A stretch of DNA of 54,885 bases from Candidatus Methylomirabilis sp. (GTDB taxonomy: Bacteria; Methylomirabilota; Methylomirabilia; Methylomirabilales; CSP1-5), in assembly GCA_012974305.1 (NCBI GenBank), contig JAAXQN010000202.1, forward strand, positions 1-54,885, in the 5' to 3' direction. How positions within the stretch are numbered: position 1 is the stretch's first letter; each line of letters begins with the position of its first letter. Shown piece by piece: positions 1-7,986 of this stretch. The position numbers and the translations under genes are program-made. The notes beneath the pieces were generated by a model that made no database searches, was not told the DNA's origin, and saw nothing but the letters and a program-made list of their open reading frames with translations.

Positions 1-58
1 TTTTTCACGTATGAGTTGTATCTACAACTTAGCAAACCTCCGATGAACAAAGGAGAAG

Positions 59-1162
59 ATGATGAAACCACGAATTCTCGTTACGTCGGCGGCTGGCCGA
101 ACAGGTTCTGTCGCCGTATTGGAGCTTCTGGGGAAGGGATTCCCTGTCCGCGCCTTCGTGCGGCGAAATGACGCTCGCTCGGAGACGTTGCGCAAAGCAG
201 GCGCTGAGATATTTGTTGGTGACCTGTTCGACCTGAGTGATCTGCAAAGCGCGCTCGTCGACGTCCAGCGTGCCTACCATTGTCCGCCAGTTGCCCCCAA
301 CCTCCTCCATGGAATGATGCTTTTCGCACTCGCCGCGGAAGAAGCAAAACTGGAAGTCGTGGCCCTGATGAGTGGGTGGAATCCACATCCGGCCCACCCA
401 ACCATCCAGACCCGCGAGCACTGGATCGCAAACAACATCTACCGATGGATGCCGACAGTCGATGTCATCTACGTCAACCCTGGTCTCTTCGCGTTTACAT
501 ATTTGCTTGGTCTACCCGTGATCGTGCACTTTGGCATGCTCGTTGGGCCATGGGGTGATGGGCTCAACGCTCCGCCCTCCAGCGAAGACATTGGCAGTGT
601 GGCGGCAGGAGTGCTCGCTGAGCCCTCTCCTCACATTGGCAAGTGTTACCGTCCGACGGGACCCAAGCTCATTTCGCCGCACGACGTGGCGGCCGTTCTC
701 ACCGATGTGGTCGGTCGCAAGGTCAAGTACCAGGACGTGTCCATCAAGATGTTTCTCAAGGCAGCGACGGCGCAGGGAGTCTCGGCCTTCGAGATCGCCC
801 ATCTTCGTTTCTACTTCGAGGAGCTTCGTGGTGGTACGTATGCGGTCGGAGCGCCGACCGATCACGTTCAAGAGATCTGCGGCAGGCCACCGGAGTCTTT
901 CGAGACGGCTGCTCGACGATACATCGCCCAGCCTGATCTGATCGCACCTGGCCTGGGCGCAGGCACGAAGCTCGAGGCTCTTGCATTCATGGTCAAGATG
1001 ATGCTGACCCGCGCGCCGGATCTGGATCGCTGGGAGCGGGAGCGCGGTCATCCGATGTTGCGGGAGCCTGTGCTTGCCCACGACAGTCGTGACTGGCGCG
1101 AAGCGGCAGAGCAGAAGAAGCTTCTCCTTCTGCCGACTTCCCGTGTTCAAGGGGAAGCGTAA
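59..1162 (+). CDS. NmrA-family NAD(P)-binding protein
   Basis: 367-aa ORF with N-terminal Rossmann-like ILVTSAAGRTGS and an NmrA-like layout. Its TAA stop abuts the next ATG. Confidence 0.75.
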   Translation: MMKPRILVTSAAGRTGSVAVLELLGKGFPVRAFVRRNDARSETLRKAGAEIFVGDLFDLSDLQSALVDVQRAYHCPPVAPNLLHGMMLFALAAEEAKLEVVALMSGWNPHPAHPTIQTREHWIANNIYRWMPTVDVIYVNPGLFAFTYLLGLPVIVHFGMLVGPWGDGLNAPPSSEDIGSVAAGVLAEPSPHIGKCYRPTGPKLISPHDVAAVLTDVVGRKVKYQDVSIKMFLKAATAQGVSAFEIAHLRFYFEELRGGTYAVGAPTDHVQEICGRPPESFETAARRYIAQPDLIAPGLGAGTKLEALAFMVKMMLTRAPDLDRWERERGHPMLREPVLAHDSRDWREAAEQKKLLLLPTSRVQGEA

Positions 1163-1441
1163 ATGCCCGACACTGACGTAGTCGCGGACCACTACACTCA
1201 CGGTCGCCTGGTAGATGCCATTCGGGCTGGAGTCGAAAGTCTGGGCAAATCGCCAGATACGGTTAGCGTTGAGGACCTCGGACCTGTCGATGAGCGGAAA
1301 GCGCCCGCTAAATGCCGCACTTTGAAAGTAGGTAGCAAATCAGTCAGACAATCAACAGATTATCATCACACAATGCAAGGAGATAGAAATGACTTCCGAC
1401 TCATTCACCGCGCTTCTGGATCGCAACCAGAGCTTTGCTGA
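1163..1441 (+). pseudogene. 5' remnant of a SAM-dependent methyltransferase; only about the first 43 codons look native
   Basis: The N-terminus ADHYTHGRLVDAIRAGVESLGKSPDTVSVEDLGPVDE resembles methyltransferase N-termini that continue EFHIGG. Here the frame runs into AT-richer non-homologous sequence and overlaps the next gene's promoter and RBS. Confidence 0.4.
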
Positions 1442-1940
1442 GCAGTTCGATGCGGGTGACCTGGCGATTCGACCTCGCATGTCGACGATCATCCTGACCT
1501 GTCTCGACGCCCGAGTCGATCCGGCACACCTCTTCGGGCTCGGGCTGGGAGACGCCCTCGTGATCCGCAACGCCGGAGGCTGGATCACCCCGGCGGTGCT
1601 ACGAGATCTCGCCATCCTCGGTGTTCTCGCTGCAAATATGCCCGGACCGAGCGCGATGCAGCTCGAACTCGTGGTGGTCCACCACACCGACTGCGGGATG
1701 GCGCGCCTCGCTAACCCGGCCATCCAGCAGCAGGCGGCGGACCGGCTCGGCCTCAGTGTCGACGAAGTAGCGGCAATGGCGATCACCGATCCCGCCAAGT
1801 CGGTGCAAGACGACATCGAGCGACTCCGCCAGACGCCCGGAACACCAGACCAACTGGTCGTTTCCGGCTTCGTCTACGACGTAAAAAACGGCACTATCAA
1901 CCAGGTCGTGCCACCGGCCCCACTCCGCGCCACCACCTGA
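1389..1940 (+). CDS. beta-class carbonic anhydrase
   Basis: 183 aa with zinc-ligand motifs CLDARVD (CxDxR) and HHTDCG (HxxC). RBS AAGGAGA lies upstream. Confidence 0.8.
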   Translation: MTSDSFTALLDRNQSFAEQFDAGDLAIRPRMSTIILTCLDARVDPAHLFGLGLGDALVIRNAGGWITPAVLRDLAILGVLAANMPGPSAMQLELVVVHHTDCGMARLANPAIQQQAADRLGLSVDEVAAMAITDPAKSVQDDIERLRQTPGTPDQLVVSGFVYDVKNGTINQVVPPAPLRATT

Positions 1941-1965
1941 TCGGGGTTCCGCGAGAGAAGGGAAG

Positions 1966-2175
1966 ATGATGCTGGACATCGCCGCGCTAGACGCGCTCGA
2001 CCTGCGGGTCATCGTCGACACCGAGACTGATGGGCTCTCCAGTGAGGTGATGGGGTCGAGTCTGCTCTTGACTCATCTTTGGAGGAGCTGTCGTCTCACT
2101 GTGGACCTCCCGAGCGATCCCGCCTCGCTCTTCCAGCCCCTCCTTTCTTCTCCCGATCACACACCTGATCGCTGA
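1966..2175 (+). pseudogene. possible N-terminal fragment of an MBL-fold hydrolase gene
   Basis: The first ~25 codons (LDALDLRVIVDTETDGLSS) resemble the first beta-strand of MBL-fold proteins. The remainder is non-homologous low-complexity sequence. Confidence 0.2.
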
Positions 2176-2382
2176 TAATTCCAACGGCGACCTTGACAAG
2201 TTCTTGAGAACCGGGAAGAATCGGCGCGTCCATTGGAAGTCCGAGGACCAGAATATGCTGATCAGCATCCTCAATAGTTATATGGCCAGAGGACATATTC
2301 GTAATCACCGCAGCTTGTTACAGTGTAAAGCGGGACGTACGATGCTTTCGCTGAGTAATCGCGTAAAAGGAGGAGCGGCACA

Positions 2383-2772
2383 ATGGCAAAGTCTTTTATG
2401 CAAATGGCCAAAGAGGCAATGGCACAGGTTGAAGGAATCAGTGCTGAGGAAGTTCAGCAACGGTTGAAGCAAGACCCGAATGCCTTGCTCGTGGATCTCC
2501 GCGACGCTGCCGAGATTCCATCCACCGGCCTAGCCACCGGCGGGTTGAACATCTCGCTCGGCATGCTGCCGGTCAGGGCGGACCTGGAGCTACCCGAAGA
2601 GAAGCGCGATGCCAGACTTCAAGATCGCTCGCGCCAGATTATCACCACCTGCCAGGTAGGTCCGAATGGCGCCATAGGAGCAAAACTTCTTAAGGACATG
2701 GGCTTTACGAGCGTCTGCTACCTGGAAGGAGGTATGGAAGCCTGGAAAGCCGCTGGCCTTCCGACCGAGTAG
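2383..2772 (+). CDS. rhodanese-domain sulfurtransferase
   Basis: 129 aa with active-site loop CQVGPNG and C-terminal LEGGMEAWKAAG. RBS AAAGGAGGAG. Confidence 0.85.
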   Translation: MAKSFMQMAKEAMAQVEGISAEEVQQRLKQDPNALLVDLRDAAEIPSTGLATGGLNISLGMLPVRADLELPEEKRDARLQDRSRQIITTCQVGPNGAIGAKLLKDMGFTSVCYLEGGMEAWKAAGLPTE

Positions 2773-2807
2773 CCCTGACTGTCAGAATTTAGTCTTACTG
2801 GTCTAAC

Positions 2808-2896
2808 GGCCATATAACAAGCGCATCGAGCCGGCGCGTTTATCTTTGGGCGTTTCCCTTGGCTGCGTGCCCGCGCGGCTCATGCGCGGCGTTATG
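2808..2896. repeat. imperfect ~25-bp inverted repeat (stem-loop element) in an intergenic spacer
   Basis: Left arm CATATAACAAGCGCATCGAGCCGGCGCG (2808-2838) faces right arm CGCGCGGCTCATGCGCGGCGTTATG (2872-2896), with a 33-nt loop between them. Confidence 0.5.
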
Positions 2897-2977
2897 CGGC
2901 TGCGGTAAGCGTTGAGCCAACCGCACGGGGGCGCTAGCAAGTTCTAGCAGAGTCACTGCAAGTGTGGAGGTCGGAGC

Positions 2978-3922
2978 ATGAGCCGCTTGGGTAGAAACCT
3001 ACCTCAACTCGGAAGCCAGTTCTTCTTGACGGACGGAGGCATCGAGACGTTCCTCATCTTTCACCGGGGAGCCGAGCTGCCTTATTTTGCTACATACGCT
3101 CTTCTCGAAGACGATGCGGGAACAAGGGAGCTTCGGAACTATTTGGACGATTACCTGAAGATCGCCTCCGACTTCGGTACGGGGTTCATTCTGGAGAGTG
3201 CGACGTGGCGGGCCAACCCTGAATGGGCCAAGGTGATCGGCACCTCCCCGGAAGACCTCGAAGCCCTCAACCGCAAGGCAATCGATCTTCTCGTCGGGAT
3301 CCGCGAACAGTACAAGACGGACGTAGCGCCGATCGTGATCAGTGGCAATATCGGTCCGCGCTCGGATGCGTACCGGCCTACCGAAATCATGACCGAGCAA
3401 GAGGCAGAGCAATACCACGCGAACCAGATCGCGACTTTCCGCAGCACGGACGCCGACATGGTTTCAGGCTTCACCATCACCAACATCCCTGAGGCGATCG
3501 GCATCACTCGGGCGGCTCTCGCAGCGGAGCTACCCGTGGTGATCTCCTTTACCGTGGAGACTGACGGGAGGCTTCCAACGGGCCCGACTCTTGCCGAAGC
3601 GATTGACCGCGTAGATGACGCAACCGACGAGGGTCCCGCCTATTTCATGGTCAACTGCGCCCATCCCACGCATATCGAGCCTGCACTGAAGCGCGAGGGG
3701 AGCTGGACAAAGCGCATTCGCGGCCTTCGCGCCAACTCGTCGTCGAAGAGTCACGCGGAGTTGGACGAGTCTACGGAGCTGGACGAAGGCAACCCACGGC
3801 AACTTGGTATCGAGTACCGCGCCATTTTGGACCGGTATCCACACATCAACGTCCTGGGGGGCTGCTGCGGCACGGACCACCGCCACATACGAGAGATCGC
3901 GCATGCATGTATCCGGCGGTAG
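2978..3922 (+). CDS. homocysteine S-methyltransferase family protein
   Basis: 314 aa with FLTDGGIETFLIF near the N-terminus and the zinc-binding GGCCGT motif near the C-terminus. Confidence 0.85.
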   Translation: MSRLGRNLPQLGSQFFLTDGGIETFLIFHRGAELPYFATYALLEDDAGTRELRNYLDDYLKIASDFGTGFILESATWRANPEWAKVIGTSPEDLEALNRKAIDLLVGIREQYKTDVAPIVISGNIGPRSDAYRPTEIMTEQEAEQYHANQIATFRSTDADMVSGFTITNIPEAIGITRAALAAELPVVISFTVETDGRLPTGPTLAEAIDRVDDATDEGPAYFMVNCAHPTHIEPALKREGSWTKRIRGLRANSSSKSHAELDESTELDEGNPRQLGIEYRAILDRYPHINVLGGCCGTDHRHIREIAHACIRR

Positions 3923-3930
3923 TTCGAGCC

Positions 3931-4122
3931 ATGTCAGATATGATGCCAATGTATGGACTAATCATTTGCCTGATTGTTGTAGTTTTGATCATCATTCCGT
4001 TTTGGTTCATCTTTTCGAAGGCAGGGTATCCTAAGTGATTGAGTCTCCTTATGGTGGTACCGATCGTCAACGTCGTCATGTTGTATTTCCTCGCTTTTTC
4101 ATCTTGGCCGAGTCAACGTTAA
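3931..4122 (+). pseudogene. small two-TM membrane protein interrupted by an in-frame TGA (4036-4038)
   Basis: MSDMMPMYGLIICLIVVVLIIIPFWFIFSKAGYPK-TGA-LSLLMVVPIVNVVMLYFLAFSSWPSQR. Both halves share one frame and are hydrophobic. The region is AT-richer than its flanks. Confidence 0.45.
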
Positions 4123-4157
4123 ATCCAGCGAGAGGCGCGGGAGGCTAGAAGGGGGTT

Positions 4158-4406
4158 GTGGAGGTGAATGAACTTGCCCCCGCACGATCACGAAAGAGGA
4201 AGGGATATCTCTATCTGGCAATGGCCGCCCTCACCTGCCCCTGCAACGGGCTGATCTTCCTGGCCATCTTTGGCGGGACGGCCCTGGGCGCTTTCTTGAC
4301 TGAAAACCTCTCGCTCTTCCTGCTGGGGCTAACGGGGATCTTTCTCCTCACTTTCCTTAGAGGTCTCAGGCTGATTGACGCAGGAGGGGCGAAAAAGAAG
4401 CCTTAG
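4158..4406 (+). CDS. MerE-like small membrane protein (CPC motif)
   Basis: 82 aa. GYLYLAMAALTCPCNGLIFLAIFGGTALGAFL parallels the MerE core (GYLW..LAVLTCPCHLPIL..AGTTAGAFL). GTG start with a G-rich RBS. Confidence 0.55.
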   Translation: MEVNELAPARSRKRKGYLYLAMAALTCPCNGLIFLAIFGGTALGAFLTENLSLFLLGLTGIFLLTFLRGLRLIDAGGAKKKP

Positions 4407-4457
4407 TCCTCATGTTGTGAGAGGGGAGAATCGGCCCCGAAATTGAGGAGGTAAACC

Positions 4458-4559
4458 ATGGCCGAGAAACTCGATTCACGCCAAGTCGTCACCGTCGAGG
4501 AACTGCTCCGGGCGATGATGTTCGAGCAGTATGTCGTCGTGCGACGGAAGGAGATATGA
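4458..4559 (+). CDS. 33-aa hypothetical protein, translationally coupled to the next ORF
   Basis: Strong RBS GAGGAGGTAAACC before the ATG. Its stop overlaps the next start as ATGA (4556-4559). Confidence 0.35.
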   Translation: MAEKLDSRQVVTVEELLRAMMFEQYVVVRRKEI

Positions 4560-5038
4560 AGATGAAAGTGCGGTGTAAAAGGGAACTTTGGATTGCCTTA
4601 GCTGTAGTAGCATTTGCGATGACTCTCTGGTGGCCGGTCAGCACCGAAAGCCAGGATGGTGATGTACCGGATTTCATCTTGACAGGGCTGGATGCCTACA
4701 GCATCGGGGGTGAGGAAGCCATGATGAGGGCATGGCTTAAAGACAGCCCGATTAGAGGAAACATTAGAGGAGTCAAGGAAGTGGACGATCAAAGAATCAT
4801 AATCAGGCACGCCGAAGACATTTACGGTACGTACGAGTCATATCAGATAATCCACGTAACCAATCTGACGTCGAGCACCAGAATCATCTTTCTAGCGATT
4901 GAGTATATGTCCGGTCCATTGTTCGGCCGAATGGTAGCATACAAAAGAAAGACTGGTTGGGTTGTTACAGAAATCAAGTTTAGTATCATCAGCAAGAATG
5001 TTCTTCGGCCAATTGTATGGACTGAACCTTTCTCCTAA
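4556..5038 (+). CDS. hypothetical secreted or membrane-anchored protein
   Basis: 160 aa with an N-terminal hydrophobic signal-like segment (LWIALAVVAFAMTLWW) and RBS GGAAGGAGA. AT-richer than neighbouring genes. Confidence 0.5.
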   Translation: MKMKVRCKRELWIALAVVAFAMTLWWPVSTESQDGDVPDFILTGLDAYSIGGEEAMMRAWLKDSPIRGNIRGVKEVDDQRIIIRHAEDIYGTYESYQIIHVTNLTSSTRIIFLAIEYMSGPLFGRMVAYKRKTGWVVTEIKFSIISKNVLRPIVWTEPFS

Positions 5039-5130
5039 AACCCAGCTAACCTTTGCCCAACTAACGAGGCACTACAGGCGGGTATTGGTGCGGAAGGGCC
5101 TCCTGTCCAACGAGGAGGTCTTGGAGGAGA

Positions 5131-5373
5131 TTAAGAAAGTTTATTCTTTATTCTTCCGATACGGTCGTCGTTTTTGAACAGGACAGTCCATGCCGCGAAC
5201 ATGACGACGAGGCCTAGCAATATTCCCAATAGAGTTGCTATCCAAACATTTAAACCGAATAGGTCCCTCAGGATAATGAACCCAGTAGCGATAATAAGGA
5301 TTTGCACTAGGGTAAACAAAGCATCCACCAGCGAGAATCCGGCTGTGCTGTTGGCCAAGTTTTTTGGCTTCAT
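5131..5373 (-). CDS. small hypothetical membrane protein (2 TM)
   Basis: 80 aa with two long hydrophobic stretches, in AT-richer sequence. Confidence 0.45.
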   Translation of the reverse strand: MKPKNLANSTAGFSLVDALFTLVQILIIATGFIILRDLFGLNVWIATLLGILLGLVVMFAAWTVLFKNDDRIGRIKNKLS

Positions 5374-5519
5374 CGATCCGTCACCTAACTAGAATTAGAT
5401 TGCCTACTGACTATTGTAGGCAGTGCAATTCTTGTGCCTTCCCCTTTGGTGGTTACCAACGAGGAATTGCTGGAGGAGATTAAGACGGTACGAAGGGAGA
5501 TGGAGGAGAAGCGGGGGCG

Positions 5520-5828
5520 GTGGAGATGAGTCTATATGTGTTCCTTCGCAGAGTTCTGGTTTCCTTTTTTTTGCCGTTCCTCCTGCTGACTGTATCGCTT
5601 GCTTTGGCCGCTTGTACCTCAGAGCCATCATTAATCCGGGCGGCAAAGGAGGGCGACACCGAGACGGTGAAAACCTTGCTGGCTGCCGGGGCGGACGTGC
5701 ATGCGAAAGACAGAGATGGCCAGACAGCCTTGATGCAAGCGGCATTCAAGGGCCACACCGACATCGTCCAAACCTTGCTGGCTGCCGGCACACCAGTGGG
5801 AGAGGGGTTCATTCCGTTGAGGCTTTGA
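5520..5828 (+). pseudogene. 5' part of an ankyrin-repeat lipoprotein gene, truncated after the LLAAG repeat boundary (~5789)
   Basis: Lipobox LALAAC is followed by ANK repeats (GDTETVKTLLAAGADVHAKDRDGQTALMQAAFKGHTDIVQTLLAAG). The tail TPVGEGFIPLRL is read-through into antisense mltB. The likely ATG is at 5526. Confidence 0.6.
5692..5745. repeat. 54-nt perfect direct repeat, copy 1
   Basis: CGGACGTGCATGCGAAAGACAGAGATGGCCAGACAGCCTTGATGCAAGCGGCAT is identical to 6937-6990. Diverged similarity continues for ~30 nt more. Confidence 0.95.
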
Positions 5829-6819
5829 TGGCCGGACGCTTTGCCAAGATCTTCTGGCTAAGCTGGTGGATCGCCATGGCGTACAGGGGGCTCCGGTTGT
5901 ACCGGGTAATCACATAGAAGTTGTACAGGCCGATCCAGTATTCGCGCCCCGTCACAGTCTCGAGGGCGATCAGCGTTGCCAAATCGCTGCCCCGGAGATT
6001 GTCCTGCGGGGTGACCCCGTATCGTTCCATGCGCCGCAGGCTGATGCGGGGCTTCAGATCCTGGCTCAGGAACAACTTGTACCTTTCTCCCCTGGTGTGC
6101 GCGCGACTCGCTACGGCCTGCTTACGTCTCCAGCCGTGCGCCTGCAGGTAGTTTGCGACGCTGCCGATGACGTCTGCGATGTTGTGCAAAATGTCACGCC
6201 GACCGTCGCCGTCGAAATCGACCGCAAAGTGCCGGTAGCTGCTCGCGATGAACTGGCCAGGGCCCATGGCGCCCGCGTATGAGCCTTTGATCAAAAGCGG
6301 GTTGAAGCCCTCCTCGCGTGTCAGCAGCAGGTACTCCTCGAGTTCCCGTCGGAAGAAGCGACTGCGCGGCGGATACGCGAAGGCCAGCGTGGTCAGCGAT
6401 TCGAGCACGGGGTGGACTCCCGTGGTTCTACCATAGCGTGTCTCGACGCCGAGAATTGCGGCGATGATCTCTGGCGGTACCCCGTACACCCTCTCGGCAC
6501 GCGTCAGAGTCTCCTTGTGGCTACCCCAGAATCGCACTCCGCCTCGAATGCGGCGTTCGTTCACGAAAAGGGGCCGGTATTCGTACCAGGGTTTGGCCTC
6601 TGCCGGGCTGGAGATTGCCGCGATCACACGGGGCCGGGGCTCGATCTGGCCGAAAAGATGCGCCAGTGCTTCCCGGTCGAAGTCGTGCTTGTCCTCCATC
6701 TCCTCTATGAACGCCCACAGGGCCTCCCGGTTGATATCGGGCTCCGCACGGGCGGGCGACGTGGCACAGGCCGTAGCACAGAGGAGCAAGGCACCAATCG
6801 CACAGAGCGCAATCCGCAT
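5809..6819 (-). CDS. mltB: lytic murein transglycosylase B family
   Basis: 336 aa with a signal peptide and MltB-type motifs (LGVETRYG, GSYAGAMGPGQFIASSY). Confidence 0.85.
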   Translation of the reverse strand: MRIALCAIGALLLCATACATSPARAEPDINREALWAFIEEMEDKHDFDREALAHLFGQIEPRPRVIAAISSPAEAKPWYEYRPLFVNERRIRGGVRFWGSHKETLTRAERVYGVPPEIIAAILGVETRYGRTTGVHPVLESLTTLAFAYPPRSRFFRRELEEYLLLTREEGFNPLLIKGSYAGAMGPGQFIASSYRHFAVDFDGDGRRDILHNIADVIGSVANYLQAHGWRRKQAVASRAHTRGERYKLFLSQDLKPRISLRRMERYGVTPQDNLRGSDLATLIALETVTGREYWIGLYNFYVITRYNRSPLYAMAIHQLSQKILAKRPAIKASTE

Positions 6820-6887
6820 GTCAATTCCTCACTCGTCGCACCTGATAAGGTTTCTGAGCTACCTTTCGATCACGTACAACAGTATAG

Positions 6888-7046
6888 CAAGCGGAGGCAA
6901 AACAGAAAAAAGAAGTAATCCGAAGCGACGAGAAGTCGGACGTGCATGCGAAAGACAGAGATGGCCAGACAGCCTTGATGCAAGCGGCATGGCATGGCCA
7001 CACCGCCATCGTCCAAATACTTAAAGAGGCCGGAGCGCGGGAATAG
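6888..7046 (+). pseudogene. 3' part of the ankyrin-repeat gene (no start codon)
   Basis: An open frame without a start encodes ...DVHAKDRDGQTALMQAAWHGHTAIVQILKEAGARE-stop, which is a terminal ANK repeat. Confidence 0.55.
6937..6990. repeat. 54-nt perfect direct repeat, copy 2
   Basis: Identical to 5692-5745. Confidence 0.95.
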
Positions 7047-7703
7047 CCGACTGATCGACTGCCATGTGCTGCCCCCGCGACGGGCTGCTTGATAATGGCT
7101 TCCACGACATGACCGGGAAGGTCATCTGGAGCGCACCTTAAGTTCTTGTTATCACCGCTTCTACGCACAAGTCCGGTAGATGCTTGTCTCGTAGCTACTT
7201 ACTGCTTTTTATGTCTGGGGCGCTAAGTGCTCGTACCCGCTCGCTCTACCTAACTCCGCATAGCCGCTGTATCTACGCGCTGTTACCCGGTGGTAAGCCA
7301 TACCCGCCAACAGGCCGCTTAATGCTGCGCTTTTTAGCCTGCTCCCGCCGCAATAAAAGTTACTTTCCCGCCAGTGCGACTACTACTTCCTTTTAGGCCA
7401 TCTTGTGACGGCGCGGAAGGTAACGTCCCGTCCGACTGGGTTCCGTCGTCCTTGGCCGGGGGGGTGCTTTGCTCCAGGGTTCAGCGCAATTACACGAGCA
7501 GGCACGAGAGGAGAGGTGAAGTTTCCTATCCCTCATAGCAATCTCACTGTGAGTGAACCTGAGCGAGAAGAGAGACACTGGGTGGGCATCCTGAGAGGAT
7601 AGGCGGGCCGTCCGCGGCCCGTTCTATTGCAGCGGAGTAGTCACTATTTGGACACCGAGCTTATTAGGAGGCGAGGGAAGAGGAGATAAACGTTTGTAAA
7701 GGG

Positions 7704-7782
7704 TGGTGACCCCAGCGGGATTCGAACCCGCGTTGCCGCCTTGAAAGAGCGGTGTCCTAGGCCAGGCTAGACGATGGGGTCC
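7704..7782 (-). tRNA. tRNA-Glu (anticodon UUC), CCA encoded
   Basis: Reverse complement GGACCCCATCGTCTAGCCTGGCCTAGGACACCGCTCTTTCAAGGCGGCAACGCGGGTTCGAATCCCGCTGGGGTCACCA folds as a cloverleaf. The anticodon loop is CTTTCAA. Confidence 0.9.
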
Positions 7783-7986
7783 ATGTCGGCTGTCATAAAG
7801 TTCGATCACAGATAGCACATCTGTCTTGGAATCGCAAGTCGGAAGGGCTCCGGGGATGGGCATGCATAGGCGTATTCAGCATCACTGTTGTCTGTGGAAA
7901 AAGGACGTTGACAGAGCGGAACGAAACACGAGAAGATAATTGGGGTTGTTTCCTGTGGATTCTTTGAGGACGTAGAGGGAACGGAG

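Noticed and set aside
4036-4038. Selenocysteine at the TGA in the small membrane peptide
   Set aside because: There is no SECIS-like hairpin downstream and the context is not redox-active. A Trp-to-stop mutation or leaky stop is the simpler explanation.
7150-7625. tmRNA or RNase P RNA adjacent to tRNA-Glu
   Set aside because: No tRNA-like acceptor or T-arm and no convincing tag ORF were found for tmRNA. Partial look-alikes of the RNase P P4 strands occur on opposite strands or in the wrong order.
3931-7703. A genomic island integrated at tRNA-Glu with an att direct repeat
   Set aside because: I could not find a second copy of the tRNA-Glu 3' end, nor an integrase gene. Only compositional and mosaic hints remain, so no mobile element is called.
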